DNA of 64,000 nt, from contig JASGHJ010000002.1 of NCBI GenBank assembly GCA_047602405.1, forward strand, positions 2,624,001 through 2,688,000. Reading direction: 5' to 3'. Under the pieces are notes generated by a model that did no database searches, had not been told where the DNA came from, and saw only the letters and a program-made list of their open reading frames with translations. Source of the DNA: Anaeromyxobacteraceae bacterium. GTDB lineage: Bacteria; Myxococcota; Myxococcia; Myxococcales; Anaeromyxobacteraceae. Both the position numbers and the translations under genes were made by a program. This document shows, one piece after another, positions 7,845-18,160 of this stretch (position 1 is its first letter; every line of letters begins with the position of its first letter).

Positions 7845-9943
7845 GCACCACCCCCGTTCCGCACCGGGACCGCCTGGCCCGCCTCGTGCGCCTGCGCGCG
7901 CCGGACCCGCTCGCGCTCGCGCTCCCGCTCCTGGTGGCGGCGGATGGCGAACGAGAGGATCTCGCCGATGAGGTTCCGGTACTCGAGGCCCGCCGCCTTC
8001 GCGATGAGCACGAGGTCGGACCAGCCCGGGGCGAGGCCGGGCAGCGGGTTCGCCTCGATGAAGAAGATCCGCCCCTCGGCGTCCATCCGGAAGTCGACGC
8101 GGGCGACGTCCCGGCAGCCGAGGGCCCCGAAGCACTCGCGGGCCGCGCGCTCGAGCCGGTCCAGCTCCCTCGGCGCGAGCTTCGCCGGGACCTCGTAGCG
8201 GATCTTGTCGTTCCAGTCCTGCTTCATCTCGAACGAGTAGATCGGCGTGGGGTCGGTCTCGTCGAGGAAGACGATCTCCATCGGCGGCAGCACCCGCGGG
8301 CGGCGCTCGCCCAGCATGCCGACCGTGAACTCGCGCCCCGCGACGTAGCCCTCCACGAGCGCCGGCTGCCGGTACTTCTGGATGAGCTCGCGGGCGACCT
8401 CGCGGAGCTCGGTCTCGTCGTGGACGATGGACTTGCGGGTGACGCCCTTGGACGTCCCCTCCGCGACCGGCTTCACCAGCATCGGGAAGCTCGAGAGCTC
8501 GCGGGGGAGGCGCTCCTTCCCGGTCTGCATCACGCAGAAGTCCGGGGTGAGGATCCCGTGGGTGCGGACCATCCGCTTCGCGAGCGCCTTGTCGAGCGAG
8601 ACCGAGAGCACCGCCGGGTCGGAGCCGGTGTACGGGATGTCGAGGAGCTCGAGGAGGGCCGGCACCTGCGACTCGCGGTTGCGCCCCTTGAAGCCCTCGG
8701 CGATGTTGAAGACCACGTCGACCGGCGTCGAGAGGAGCTGCACCGGGAGGTCCGGGGTCGCCTCGAGGTCGATGACCTGGTGGCCGTAGCTCGCGATGGC
8801 CTCGCGGATCGCCTGGAGCGTCTTCGGCGAGTCGTACTCGGCCTCGTCGTCGACCTCGCCCGCGAGGTCGGGCGTGAGCCGCTTCACGTTGAAGCTGAAG
8901 CCGACCTTGAGGTGCTCCTGGCGCCGCGGGCGCCCGCGCCGGCTGCGCGAGTCCGGGATGTTGAAGCGGCGGGTGGCGCTCTCGATGACCTTCCCGAGCA
9001 CCGCGTCCTGGTGGAGCCCCTCGAGCGCGCCCGCGGCGTAGATGCTGGCGCCCGGCTCGAGCGAGGGGAGCGCGTTGATCTCGAGGAAGTGGACCGAGCC
9101 GTCGTCGGCGATGCGGAGATCGGTGCGCCCGAGGTCGCGCACCCCGAGCTGCTTCACGACCACCTGGCAGATCTGCTGGATGCGCTCCGCCTGGGCCCGC
9201 TTCACCTTCGCCGGGGCGCGGACCGAGACCGCCTGGTCGATCTTGGTCTTCAGGTCGTAGTCGTAGATCGAGTACTTGCGGTTCCCGGCGATGACCTCGT
9301 CGATGACGTACTCGACCGGCTGCAGCACGCCCCCGCGGTCGGCCGCGGCCGCCTCGAGGAACGGCACGGTCACGTCCCGGCCGACGATGTACTCCTCGAC
9401 GAGCACGCCCGCCGGGTACCGCTGCAGCGCCGCGGTCACCACCTCGTGGAGCCGCAGCGGGTCCTCGACCACCGAGTCCTGGGTGATGCCCTTCGAGGAA
9501 CCCTCGAAGTTCGGCTTCACGATGACCGGGTAGCGCAGCGCGTTCACCTGCAGCTTCCCGACCTCCTCGACGTACTGCCAGCGCGGCGTGGGCACGCCGT
9601 GCTGGGCGAGGACCAGCTTCGTGAGCTGCTTGTCGAGCGTGAGCGCGAGGACGTAGGCGTCGGAGCCGGTGTAGGGCATCGCGAGTTCGTCGAAGAGCGC
9701 CGGGAAGAACGCCTCCCGGAACCGCCCCCGCCGCCCCTCGGCGGTGTTGAAGATGAGGTCCGGCCCGTAGGCCTCGAGGCGCGCGACCGTGCGGGACGCC
9801 GGGCCGGAGACCTCGATGCGCTCCACCGAGTGGCCGAGCCGCTCGATGGCGCCCGCGAGGGCGTCGACCGTGGCCTGGGTGTCGAACTCCGCCTCGTCCT
9901 CGTCGTCGGACAGGCGGAGGTTGTGCGTGAGGGCGATGCGCAT
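7841..9943 (-). CDS. Tandem-duplicated D-Ala-D-Ala-ligase-like ATP-grasp protein
   Basis: Two full ATP-grasp units, each with FNxAEG, PYTGSD, LDK, KPxxEGxSKG and ExNxLP. Confidence 0.9.
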   Translation of the reverse strand: MRIALTHNLRLSDDEDEAEFDTQATVDALAGAIERLGHSVERIEVSGPASRTVARLEAYGPDLIFNTAEGRRGRFREAFFPALFDELAMPYTGSDAYVLALTLDKQLTKLVLAQHGVPTPRWQYVEEVGKLQVNALRYPVIVKPNFEGSSKGITQDSVVEDPLRLHEVVTAALQRYPAGVLVEEYIVGRDVTVPFLEAAAADRGGVLQPVEYVIDEVIAGNRKYSIYDYDLKTKIDQAVSVRAPAKVKRAQAERIQQICQVVVKQLGVRDLGRTDLRIADDGSVHFLEINALPSLEPGASIYAAGALEGLHQDAVLGKVIESATRRFNIPDSRSRRGRPRRQEHLKVGFSFNVKRLTPDLAGEVDDEAEYDSPKTLQAIREAIASYGHQVIDLEATPDLPVQLLSTPVDVVFNIAEGFKGRNRESQVPALLELLDIPYTGSDPAVLSVSLDKALAKRMVRTHGILTPDFCVMQTGKERLPRELSSFPMLVKPVAEGTSKGVTRKSIVHDETELREVARELIQKYRQPALVEGYVAGREFTVGMLGERRPRVLPPMEIVFLDETDPTPIYSFEMKQDWNDKIRYEVPAKLAPRELDRLERAARECFGALGCRDVARVDFRMDAEGRIFFIEANPLPGLAPGWSDLVLIAKAAGLEYRNLIGEILSFAIRRHQERERERERVRRAQAHEAGQAVPVRNGGGA

Positions 9944-9957
9944 GGCGGGGTGCCGGG

Positions 9958-10500
9958 TCAGGCGGCCGCGCGCGCGGGCGACGGGGTCGCCGCGCGGGCG
10001 GAGGAGGAGCCGGGAGGCACGGGCGACACCGGGGCGAGGCCGGCCACCTCTGCCCCGCCGACCGTCACCTTGCCGTCCACGACCTGCGTGTCGGCGAAGA
10101 TGTCGCCGATGCGGACGCCGTGGCGGTCGGTCCAGATCATCCAGGCCTCGAACGCCACGATGGGCACGCCCGCGACGAAGAAGACCGGCCAGAGGATCGG
10201 CACCGCGTAGAACACGGCCACGAGCGCGAAGGGCGCGTTCCGCAGCATCGACTCGTGGTAGCGCGCGGGCTCGCCGTGCGGGACGATCACGGTGCGGATG
10301 CCGAAGACCCGCTTCCCGATCGACTGCCCGTGGAGGAGCCCGTCGGCGACGAGCAGGTACAGCGCGGCGAGGAGCGGCCCCACCTGCGGCGCCGTGAGCC
10401 CGACCACGAACGCGAGCGTGAAATCGGCGAAGCGCGCGAGGACCCGCAGGCTGAGGTCCGCCTTCGGGTAAGGGCTGCCCTCGGGGCGCGCGTCGCGCAT
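9958..10500 (-). CDS. RDD family membrane protein
   Basis: RVLARFAD, GQSIGKRVFGIR, LRN, RIGDIFADTQVV. Confidence 0.88.
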   Translation of the reverse strand: MRDARPEGSPYPKADLSLRVLARFADFTLAFVVGLTAPQVGPLLAALYLLVADGLLHGQSIGKRVFGIRTVIVPHGEPARYHESMLRNAPFALVAVFYAVPILWPVFFVAGVPIVAFEAWMIWTDRHGVRIGDIFADTQVVDGKVTVGGAEVAGLAPVSPVPPGSSSARAATPSPARAAA

Positions 10501-10692
10501 CTACGCGTCCCCGTCCGGCGCGCGCCGGAGGAAGAACAGGTAGGCCATCGCAGGCCGGTGGGAGCCCTCGCGCATCACGAAGTGGATCGACTGGAAGTCG
10601 TACCCCTTCGCGGTCCAGTGGTCGAGGGCGCGTTCGAGGCTCTCCTCGACCACCGGCGAGACCTCGACCACCTTGTGAGCGCCCTCCCCCAC
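10501..10692 (-). CDS. Small hypothetical protein (DUF4177-like)
   Basis: 63 aa, HKVVEV...LERALDHWTAKGYDF...YLFFLR; sits in-operon between hemB and the RDD gene. Confidence 0.65.
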   Translation of the reverse strand: MGEGAHKVVEVSPVVEESLERALDHWTAKGYDFQSIHFVMREGSHRPAMAYLFFLRRAPDGDA

Positions 10693-10708
10693 CCTGGTCC
10701 CCGCCTGC

Positions 10709-11743
10709 CTAGCGCCGGCCGGTGAGCCAGCCCGCCGCTTCCTTCGCGTAGTACGTGAGGATCAGGTCCGCGCCGGCCCGGCGGCAGCAGAGCAGGGTCT
10801 CGAGGGCGACGCGCGCCTCGTCGATCCAGCCGCGCTCGGCGGCGGCCTTGATCATCGCGTACTCGCCGGACACGTGGTACGCGGCGAGCGGCAGCTCGAA
10901 GCGGTCGCGCAGCACGCGGACGATGTCGAGGTACGGGATCGCCGGCTTCACCATGATCATGTCGGCGCCCTCCTGGACGTCGAGCGCGACCTCGCGAACG
11001 GCCTCTCGCCAGTTCGCGGGATCCATCTGGTAGCCCTTGCGGTCCTTCGGGACGCCCGGGCCCTCCACCGGCGCGCTCTCCGCGGCGTCGCGGAACGGGC
11101 CGTAGAAGGCGCCCGCGAACTTCGCGGCGTAGGAGAGGATCGGCACGTCCTGGTACCCGTCCTCGTCGAGCGCCCTGCGGATGGCGGCCACCCGGCCGTC
11201 CATCATGTCGGAGGGCGCGACGATGTCGGCGCCCGCGCGGGCGTGGGCGACCGCCTCCCTGGCGAGCAGCGCGAGCGTCGCGTCGTTGTCCACCCCGAGC
11301 TCGCCCGGCTTCGCGCCCGGCGCGGCCCCGGCCTTCGGCGCCTTCAGGATGCCGCAGTGGCCGTGGTCGGTGTACTCGCACATGCAGACGTCGGTCATGA
11401 CGACCATGCCCGGCACCTGCTGCTTCAGCGCCCGGATCGCCTGCGGGACCTCGCCCTCCTCGTCCCAGGCGCCCGAGCCGGTGGCGTCCTTGTGGTTCGG
11501 GATCCCGAACAGGATCACCGAGCGGACGCCCGCCGCGAAGCCGGCCTGCGCCTCCTCGACGAGCTCGTCGACGGAGAGCTGGAAGACACCCGGCATGCTC
11601 TTCACCGGGTTCCTGATCTTCTTGCCCGGCCGGACGAAGAGCGGCCAGACGAGGTCGTCCGGCGCGAGGTGCGTCTCGCGGACGAGGGCGCGGAGCGCCT
11701 CGGTGCGGCGCAGGCGGCGGGGACGTTCCTGGGGGAATGGCAT
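10709..11743 (-). CDS. hemB: Porphobilinogen synthase (ALA dehydratase)
   Basis: [21 protein letters not shown]n motif, [23 protein letters not shown]. Confidence 0.98.
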   Translation of the reverse strand: MPFPQERPRRLRRTEALRALVRETHLAPDDLVWPLFVRPGKKIRNPVKSMPGVFQLSVDELVEEAQAGFAAGVRSVILFGIPNHKDATGSGAWDEEGEVPQAIRALKQQVPGMVVMTDVCMCEYTDHGHCGILKAPKAGAAPGAKPGELGVDNDATLALLAREAVAHARAGADIVAPSDMMDGRVAAIRRALDEDGYQDVPILSYAAKFAGAFYGPFRDAAESAPVEGPGVPKDRKGYQMDPANWREAVREVALDVQEGADMIMVKPAIPYLDIVRVLRDRFELPLAAYHVSGEYAMIKAAAERGWIDEARVALETLLCCRRAGADLILTYYAKEAAGWLTGRR

Positions 11744-11885
11744 GGGCGCTTTCTAGCGCATGTGGCGGCCCGGGGGAACCCGGCGGGGCCCGGGTCCCGG
11801 GGGCCTTGCGACACGGCGCCCCAGTGACCCCGCGGCGTCACACGCCGCTGCGCCAGGCACCTCAGACTCGGCACGGAGGCCCGCC

Positions 11886-13112
11886 ATGCCGCTCCCCGTC
11901 TTCGTGCTCGCGCTCGCGCTGGCCCAGCCGGCGCCTCCCCTCTCCCGGGACGCGCTCGCGCCCCGCCCCGTCCCCGGCGGCGCGCCGCTCCTGCGCTGGG
12001 GCGTGCCCGCGAGCTGCCTCGTGCGCGCCGACGGCTCCCGCTGGCGGGCCCAGTGCGACCGCGCCACCCTCACCTGCCTCGTCGCGCCCGACGCGGAGCT
12101 CGGCCCGGACGGCGCGCCGCGCGGGCCGCTCGAGCGCGCGCCGGCGTGCGGCGGGCCCGCCCTCGCCGAGGAGGCGCTCCTCGCCGAGGGCTTCCGGCTC
12201 GCGCCCGCGGCCGCGGAGATCGCGCCGGGCTGGCGCCGCGACGACCGGCAGCGCGCGATGCAGGTGGCGTTCGACCTCGACCGGCGGCTCTGGCTCGGGG
12301 CCGGCTACACGGCCGGCACCGCCCCCGCGGCCGGGCCCACCGCCACGTTCGGCATCCGCTGGGACCAGCCCTCCGAGGCCGAGGGCGTCCGGACGGTCCT
12401 GCGCTGGCGCGCGCTCGAGACCCGGGTGTCGTTCGACGGCCACCTCGCCGACGTCCTCGTCGCCGCGGTCGACATGAGCCGCACCCACCCGAACCCGCTC
12501 CTGCGCATCACCACCCTCGTCGGCACGCCGCGGCGGTTCGACGTCGACTTCGACGCCGGGTGGCTCGTGGAGCTCGCGCGCCTCGAGTCGATCCGGACCG
12601 GCGCCGGCACCTGGTACGACCGGGAGGCGTTCGGCCCGGCCGCCCTCACGCTCGACCTCTGGCGCTCCTCCGACCTCGCCTCCTACGTGCGCGTGCGGGC
12701 CGGCGCCGGCTACGAGGTCGCGGAGCAGCTCGAGGGCGGCGCCTTCACGCCGGGGGGCGGCCTCGACCTCGAGCTCGGGCTCGACCGGGCGGGGCTGCAC
12801 CACGTCCGCGCCTCGGTCCTCGGCGAGGCGGTGGTGCCGGAGGAGAAGGGCGCCTTCCAGCCCAAGGACGACGCCCGCCCGCGCCTCAGGGAGCGCCGCC
12901 GCCGCCTCACCGCGACGGCCCAGTACGAGCTCGTGCTCCTGGCGGTGAACGACCAGCCCCTCTCGCTCGTGCTCGAGTCCCGCGCCTGGCAGCGCGACGA
13001 CGTCCCGGGCTACCCGACCGGCTGGCGCTTCGAGGCGACCTCCTGGCTGCGGTTCAACCTCGGCGCGCCGGCGCCGCGCGGCGCGCCCGCGCAGGACCGG
13101 CTCCAGGAGTGA
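11886..13112 (+). CDS. Hypothetical secreted/outer-membrane protein (paralog A)
   Basis: GGAGG RBS, signal peptide, Cys-containing N-domain, beta-rich C-domain ending LAVNDQPL...LRFNL. Confidence 0.75.
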   Translation: MPLPVFVLALALAQPAPPLSRDALAPRPVPGGAPLLRWGVPASCLVRADGSRWRAQCDRATLTCLVAPDAELGPDGAPRGPLERAPACGGPALAEEALLAEGFRLAPAAAEIAPGWRRDDRQRAMQVAFDLDRRLWLGAGYTAGTAPAAGPTATFGIRWDQPSEAEGVRTVLRWRALETRVSFDGHLADVLVAAVDMSRTHPNPLLRITTLVGTPRRFDVDFDAGWLVELARLESIRTGAGTWYDREAFGPAALTLDLWRSSDLASYVRVRAGAGYEVAEQLEGGAFTPGGGLDLELGLDRAGLHHVRASVLGEAVVPEEKGAFQPKDDARPRLRERRRRLTATAQYELVLLAVNDQPLSLVLESRAWQRDDVPGYPTGWRFEATSWLRFNLGAPAPRGAPAQDRLQE

Positions 13113-14014
13113 GGGCCGTCGTGCGCCCCGCCCTCGCGCTCGCGGCGCTCCTCGTCGCGTCCGCCGCCGCGGCCGCGGACGCGCCGTGCCGTTTGACCGA
13201 CGCCCGGGGCCGGACCTTCCCCGTCTGCTTCGACCCGGGCAGCCGGCTCGAGCTCGCGGGCGGCGGCGCGGCCGGCGACGGCGGCGCGTGGGCCCTCCGG
13301 GCCGGGCTGCGCTGGCGCAACGACGCCCGCAGCCCGGCGGGCGCGCTCGAGTGGCTCCGCGATCAGACGTTCCTCGCGGTCGGGCTCTCGGCCGGGGGCA
13401 GTCCGCGCTCGCCCTGGGCCGGCGGGCCCCGGCTCGACGCGGCCTCCGGGGTCGCCTGGAGCGGCACCTTCGTGCGGCGCCGCACGAGCCCGTTCCTCCT
13501 CGTGCCCGGCCCCGCGCCCCTGCGCATCCCCTTCCCGTTCGACGTGGGGCTCCGCGCCGAGGCGGGCGCCGCGGCGTGGGAGGCGGCGCGTCCCGACCGG
13601 CTCCGCGTCCTGCCGCTCCGCGCGGCGCTCCTCCTCGACGTGGGCAGCCTGCTCGGGCTGCGCAGGGCGGCGTTCGGCCCGGAGGCCGCGTGGGAGGCGG
13701 ACCTCGAGCGCGGGCGCCACCCCTCGAGCCGCGCGGTGCCATTCACCGGCGGCGTCGCGTCGCTGCGCGCCGAGTCCCGGGACGGCCTCCTCGCGGCGGA
13801 GGTGGACGCGCGCGCCGGGTCGGCCCTGCCCATCGACGCCCGGGGGAAGGCGGGCGCCTACCTCCGGGCGAGCGCGTCGGCAGAGTGGACTGTGCTCGCG
13901 GTGAACGAGCGCCCGCTCGCGCTCTTCGTGGAGGGCTCGGTCGATCGCGGCGCCCCCGGGCGGCGGACGGGGGCCGTCATGGGCCTCAGGCTCTCCGCCG
14001 CGCGGGTGCCCTGA
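13109..14014 (+). CDS. Hypothetical secreted/outer-membrane protein (paralog B)
   Basis: GTG overlaps the upstream stop (alternative start 13121); signal peptide; shares FDxxxRL, GLRW and LAVNERPL motifs with paralog A. Confidence 0.7.
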   Translation: MRAVVRPALALAALLVASAAAAADAPCRLTDARGRTFPVCFDPGSRLELAGGGAAGDGGAWALRAGLRWRNDARSPAGALEWLRDQTFLAVGLSAGGSPRSPWAGGPRLDAASGVAWSGTFVRRRTSPFLLVPGPAPLRIPFPFDVGLRAEAGAAAWEAARPDRLRVLPLRAALLLDVGSLLGLRRAAFGPEAAWEADLERGRHPSSRAVPFTGGVASLRAESRDGLLAAEVDARAGSALPIDARGKAGAYLRASASAEWTVLAVNERPLALFVEGSVDRGAPGRRTGAVMGLRLSAARVP

Positions 14015-14050
14015 GCGGCGGGGAGCGGGGCACGCCGCGGCGGTGACCGG

Positions 14051-15394
14051 CTACGCCGGGCCCGTCGGCACGATCTCGCGGATCGCGAGCCCGCTCCAGA
14101 GGCGCGGGTGGAAGAGCGTGCTCTTCTGCGGCATCGTCTCGCCCGCGTCGCCGAGGGCCTCGACCTGCCACATCGGCGTCGGGTTGAGCAGGAAGCCGAC
14201 CTGGTGCTCGCCGGAGAGGACCCGGTTCACGGCCTCCCCGGTGTCGCGCACGTAGGTGAGGTGCTCCTGGCGCGCCTGGGCCTCGGGTGAGCACCCGAGG
14301 AGCCCCTGCAGCACGATCGAGTGCAGCACCGTCACGTCGAGCGCCTGGAGCGTCGCGCTCGCGGGCAGGCCGGCGTCGGCGAGGTCGGCGTCGTCGCGGA
14401 GCGTGACGAGGCGGGCCCGCTGGTCGGCCGCGGTCACCATCAGGAACGTGCTCGCCTTCCCGCCGTGCTCGGCGAGCTTCGAGATCGCCCAGGCCCGCCC
14501 GGCGGGGCGGCGGAGGTCCTCGTCGATCACCTCCACCCGGAAGAACCGCTCGAGCCTGGGGAGGAGCGCCTCGAGCGAGAAGCCCTCCAGGCCGAAGAGC
14601 AGCCGGTGGGTGGCGAACATGAAGAGCCCGGGGTCGTTCATCGGGCAGAGGTACATCATCACGTGGTGGTGCCCGCCCGTCGCGGGGAGGCCCGGCGTGG
14701 TCTCGTCGAGCCAGCGCTCGTACGCGAGCGAGGACTCGTAGCGGTGGTGGCCGTCGGCGATGAAGATCCGGCGCGGGGCGAGGATGTCCTGGAACGCGGC
14801 CACGAGCGCCGGGTCGTCGGTCCGGAAGAGGCGCTGGTGGACGCCGTCCTCGGTATCGGTCTCGGCGACCGGCTCCCCGGCGGTCGCGGCGTCGAGCGCC
14901 TTGGCGGTCGCCTGCCCGTCGTCCCGGTAGAGGCCGAAGAGCGGCGAGACGTCGGCCTTGAGGTGCTTCAGGTTCTCGAGGCGGTCCGCCTTGGGGGCGA
15001 GCAGCGTCTTCTCGTGCGGCACGATGATGCCGTCGGAGAACGGGTGCAGGCGCACCGCCGCGATGAAGCCGCGGCGGCGGAGGTTGCGGCCGTCGGGCGA
15101 CCAGAAGCTCTGCTCGAGCGGGTAGATCGCCGGAGACGGGTCGCGCCGGAGCACGCCCTCCTCGAGCCAGCTCCGGAGGTACCCGGAGGCGCGGGTGTAG
15201 CGGTCTGCGCCCGGCACGTCGCCCGGCCGGGTCTCGCCCAGCGTGAGGTGGATGACGTTGTGCGGGCTGCGCCGGAGGAGCTCGTCGCGCTGCTCCTGGT
15301 TGACCTGGTCGTACGGCGGGGCCAGCTGCAGGCCCAGCGCGCGGCCGCGGGTGGCCGCGTACCGGATCGCGCTGAAGGGGACGAGCTCCGCCAT
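14051..15394 (-). CDS. DUF1015 family protein
   Basis: APPYD, PHEKT, IADGHHRYE, MPQKSTLFHP. Confidence 0.92.
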   Translation of the reverse strand: MAELVPFSAIRYAATRGRALGLQLAPPYDQVNQEQRDELLRRSPHNVIHLTLGETRPGDVPGADRYTRASGYLRSWLEEGVLRRDPSPAIYPLEQSFWSPDGRNLRRRGFIAAVRLHPFSDGIIVPHEKTLLAPKADRLENLKHLKADVSPLFGLYRDDGQATAKALDAATAGEPVAETDTEDGVHQRLFRTDDPALVAAFQDILAPRRIFIADGHHRYESSLAYERWLDETTPGLPATGGHHHVMMYLCPMNDPGLFMFATHRLLFGLEGFSLEALLPRLERFFRVEVIDEDLRRPAGRAWAISKLAEHGGKASTFLMVTAADQRARLVTLRDDADLADAGLPASATLQALDVTVLHSIVLQGLLGCSPEAQARQEHLTYVRDTGEAVNRVLSGEHQVGFLLNPTPMWQVEALGDAGETMPQKSTLFHPRLWSGLAIREIVPTGPA

Positions 15395-15453
15395 AGGGGC
15401 CGCGACGCTAGATCACCGCCCCGAGGGGCGCAAGGCGGTCGCGTCCTGAAGTG

Positions 15454-16536
15454 TCACGCCGAGCGGCGCACGGCGAGGACGCCCGCCGCGAAGAAGATGA
15501 GGTGGGGCGCCCAGGCGGCCACCCACGCCGGCACGCGCCCGGACAGGGCGAGCGCCACCGTCACGCCCTGGACGGACCAGAAGGCGAGCGAGACCGCCAC
15601 CGACTCGAGCAGGGCGGCCGCGACGTGGCCCTTGCGGTTGCGGCGGAGGGCCAGCGCGAGCGCCAGGATGGCCCCCGGCACGCCCGAGAACGGGTACGCG
15701 ATGCGGTTGTACCGCTCCATCTCGAAGTCGGCGTAGGGCAGCCCGGCCCGCTTGCGGACGCCGATCTGGTGCACCAGCGCCGGGAACCTCATCTGGGTCG
15801 GCCGGCCCGGCGCGATGGCGAACGCCTCCGGCGGCTCGTCGAGCACGATCCGCCGCTCGGCGTCGTGCACCAGCGTCACGGTCCCGTCGGGCTGGAAGGA
15901 CCGCTCCTCGGCCTCGTCGAGCGTCCAGGCGCCGTCGACCGGGCGCATCCGCTCCGCGTCGATCCGCCGCGCGAGGCGGAAGTCCGGGGTGACCTCGTAG
16001 ATGGTGACGTTCTCGAAGCCGCCGCCCGGGAGGTTGCCGCGCAGGTGGTAGATGCGCTGGCCGGAGGCGCCGCGGAACCAGCGCTTCGGGGCCCGGTTCG
16101 CCTCGCGGCGGCGGATGTCCTGCTTGCGGCCGAAGCGCTCGGCCCGGATCTCCTCGGCCCGGTCGGCGGCGTGCACGCCCACCGCCTCGTGCACGACCAC
16201 GAGCACGAGCCCGGCCACGAGCATCACCGCCATGATCGGCACGGCGAGCCGCCAGGGGCCGAGGCCGAGCGCGCGGAGCGCCACCCACTCGCGGGTCTGC
16301 CTCAGGCCCGAGGCCGCGATCGCGGCGCCGAGGATCATCGCCGCCGGCGCGATCTGGCGGACCACCACGGCCGACTTGTTCGCGTACAGCTCCAGCGCCG
16401 GCCAGATCCAGCCCGCCCCGGTGAGCTGGGGCGCGTTGTCCACGAAGTCGACCGCGAGGAAGACCGCGAGCACGCCCACGAGCGCCCCGAGGAAGGCCCC
16501 CAGCGTCTTCCAGGCGACGTAGCGGAAGAGGATCAC
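15454..16536 (-). CDS. lptG: LPS export ABC permease LptG (LptF/LptG family)
   Basis: ILFRYV start, EWVALRALGLG motif, periplasmic beta-jellyroll, C-terminal AAWAPHLIF. Confidence 0.85.
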   Translation of the reverse strand: MILFRYVAWKTLGAFLGALVGVLAVFLAVDFVDNAPQLTGAGWIWPALELYANKSAVVVRQIAPAAMILGAAIAASGLRQTREWVALRALGLGPWRLAVPIMAVMLVAGLVLVVVHEAVGVHAADRAEEIRAERFGRKQDIRRREANRAPKRWFRGASGQRIYHLRGNLPGGGFENVTIYEVTPDFRLARRIDAERMRPVDGAWTLDEAEERSFQPDGTVTLVHDAERRIVLDEPPEAFAIAPGRPTQMRFPALVHQIGVRKRAGLPYADFEMERYNRIAYPFSGVPGAILALALALRRNRKGHVAAALLESVAVSLAFWSVQGVTVALALSGRVPAWVAAWAPHLIFFAAGVLAVRRSA

Positions 16537-17646
16537 CGCACCGCCCCCGCCCCCCGGCGCGCCTGCAGGACGAGGAGGACGACGCCGAGGGCGCCGAGCG
16601 CGAGGTTGGGCAGCTCGAGCGCGAGCGCCGCCGGGGCGACGCCCCGCTGGGCGGCCACCTCGCCGAGGCGCAGGAGGATGTAGTGCGCGACCACCGCGGC
16701 GATCATGGCCCCGATGCCGAAGGCCCGGCCGCCGCGCCGGGAGGCGCCGAACGGCACCGCGAGCAGCGCGAAGGGCAGCACCGCGAGCGGCGCGGAGATC
16801 TTCCGGTGCAGGATGCCCTCGAGCCGGCGCGCGAGGCCGAGGTCGCCCTTCGCGCGCGCCGCGCGGGCGCCCTCCGAGAGCTCGTCGAGCGTGTCGCTCG
16901 AGGCCCGCACGAGCGCGCTCCGCTCCGCGAAGACGCTGCCGATGCCCAGCACGACCTCCGCCCGACCGTAGTCGGCGATCACGTAGTCGTCGCTGCCGCC
17001 GTCGTCGCGGTGCACCTCGCCGTCCTCGAGCACGAGGCGCATGTCCTGACCCCGGCCGACCGGCTCGAGCCGGCCCCGCCGCGCGAGCGCGAGCACCGCC
17101 GCGTCCGGGTCGGTGCGGTCGTAGACGAGCACGTTCTCCCACCGCCCGTCCCTCACCCGCTGGGCGTAGAGCACGAAGCCGGCGATCTGGTCGTAGAACG
17201 TCCCCTCCTTCACGTCGCTGCGGACGTTCTTCTTCACGACCTCCACGAGCTGGTCGGTGGCGGCGTCGAGCGCGCGCGGCTCGACCACCACCGAGAGCCA
17301 CACCCCGAGCGCCGCCACCGCGAGGCCGACCGCGACCGGCACCGGCACGAGCCGGGCGGGCGAGATGCCCGCCGCCCCGAGCGCCACCACCTCGCGATCC
17401 TCGGAGAGCCGCGCGATCCCGAGCACCGCGCCGAGCAGGAACGCGATCGGGAGCACGTACCCGAGGAAGTGCGGCATCATGAAGACGATCACCGAGCCGA
17501 CGTCCCAGAGGGACACCGCGGACCCGAACAGCACCTTCGCCTGCGAGAGGATTCTGCGTGGCGAGGAGGAGCTGGGTGAGGAACAGCACCCCCGCGCCGA
17601 AGGGCAGGAGGATTCCGCGCGCCAGGTAGCGGTCGAGGAGCTTCAC
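16533..17646 (-). CDS. lptF: LPS export ABC permease LptF (frameshift near 17552)
   Basis: KLLDRYLAR start; RLSEDREVVALGAAGISP; removing one base at GATTC 17550-17554 joins the frames (LATQILSQAKVLF). Confidence 0.85.
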
Positions 17647-17653
17647 CGGCCGG

Positions 17654-18160
17654 TCAGCCGCCGAGCTTCTTCTGGAGCGCGGCGTCCTTCGCGAGGACCT
17701 CCGCGGTCATCCGCTCGCGCTGGGCGCGGATGGCGTCGGCGACCTTCGGGTCGGTGCGGGCGATGATGCGGCCCGCGAGCAGGCCCGCGTTCTTCGCGCC
17801 GGCCTTCCCGATGGCGAGCGTGCCGACCGGGATGCCGCCCGGCATCTGCACGGTCGCGAGCAGGGCGTCGAGGCCCTGCAGGTCGGAGGAGGCGAGCGGC
17901 ACGGCGAGCACCGGCAACTCGGACTCGGCCGCCACCACGCCGGCGAGGTGGGCGGCGGCGCCGGCCCCGCACACGATGACCTGGATGCCCCGGGCCGCCG
18001 CGCCGCGGGCGAGCTCGCCCGTCCGCGCGGGGGTGCGGTGCGCCGAGGACACGTGCACCTCGCTCGCGACCCCGAGGTCGTCGAGCGCCTTCTTCACCTC
18101 GGACATGATCTCCCAGTCCGAGTCCGAACCCATCAGCACGAGCACGCGAGGAGCGGTCAT
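17654..18160 (-). CDS. purE: N5-CAIR mutase
   Basis: MGSDSD, SAHRTP, AGAAAHLAGV, VQMPGGIPV. Confidence 0.97.
   Translation of the reverse strand: MTAPRVLVLMGSDSDWEIMSEVKKALDDLGVASEVHVSSAHRTPARTGELARGAAARGIQVIVCGAGAAAHLAGVVAAESELPVLAVPLASSDLQGLDALLATVQMPGGIPVGTLAIGKAGAKNAGLLAGRIIARTDPKVADAIRAQRERMTAEVLAKDAALQKKLGG

Noticed and set aside
15454..17646. Apparent fusions in the ORF track (LptF-N + LptG; 2628..4802; 32211..35630; 41117..44542)
   Set aside because: Caused by frameshifts or stop-free upstream shadow sequence; separate starts with stop/start overlaps explain them.
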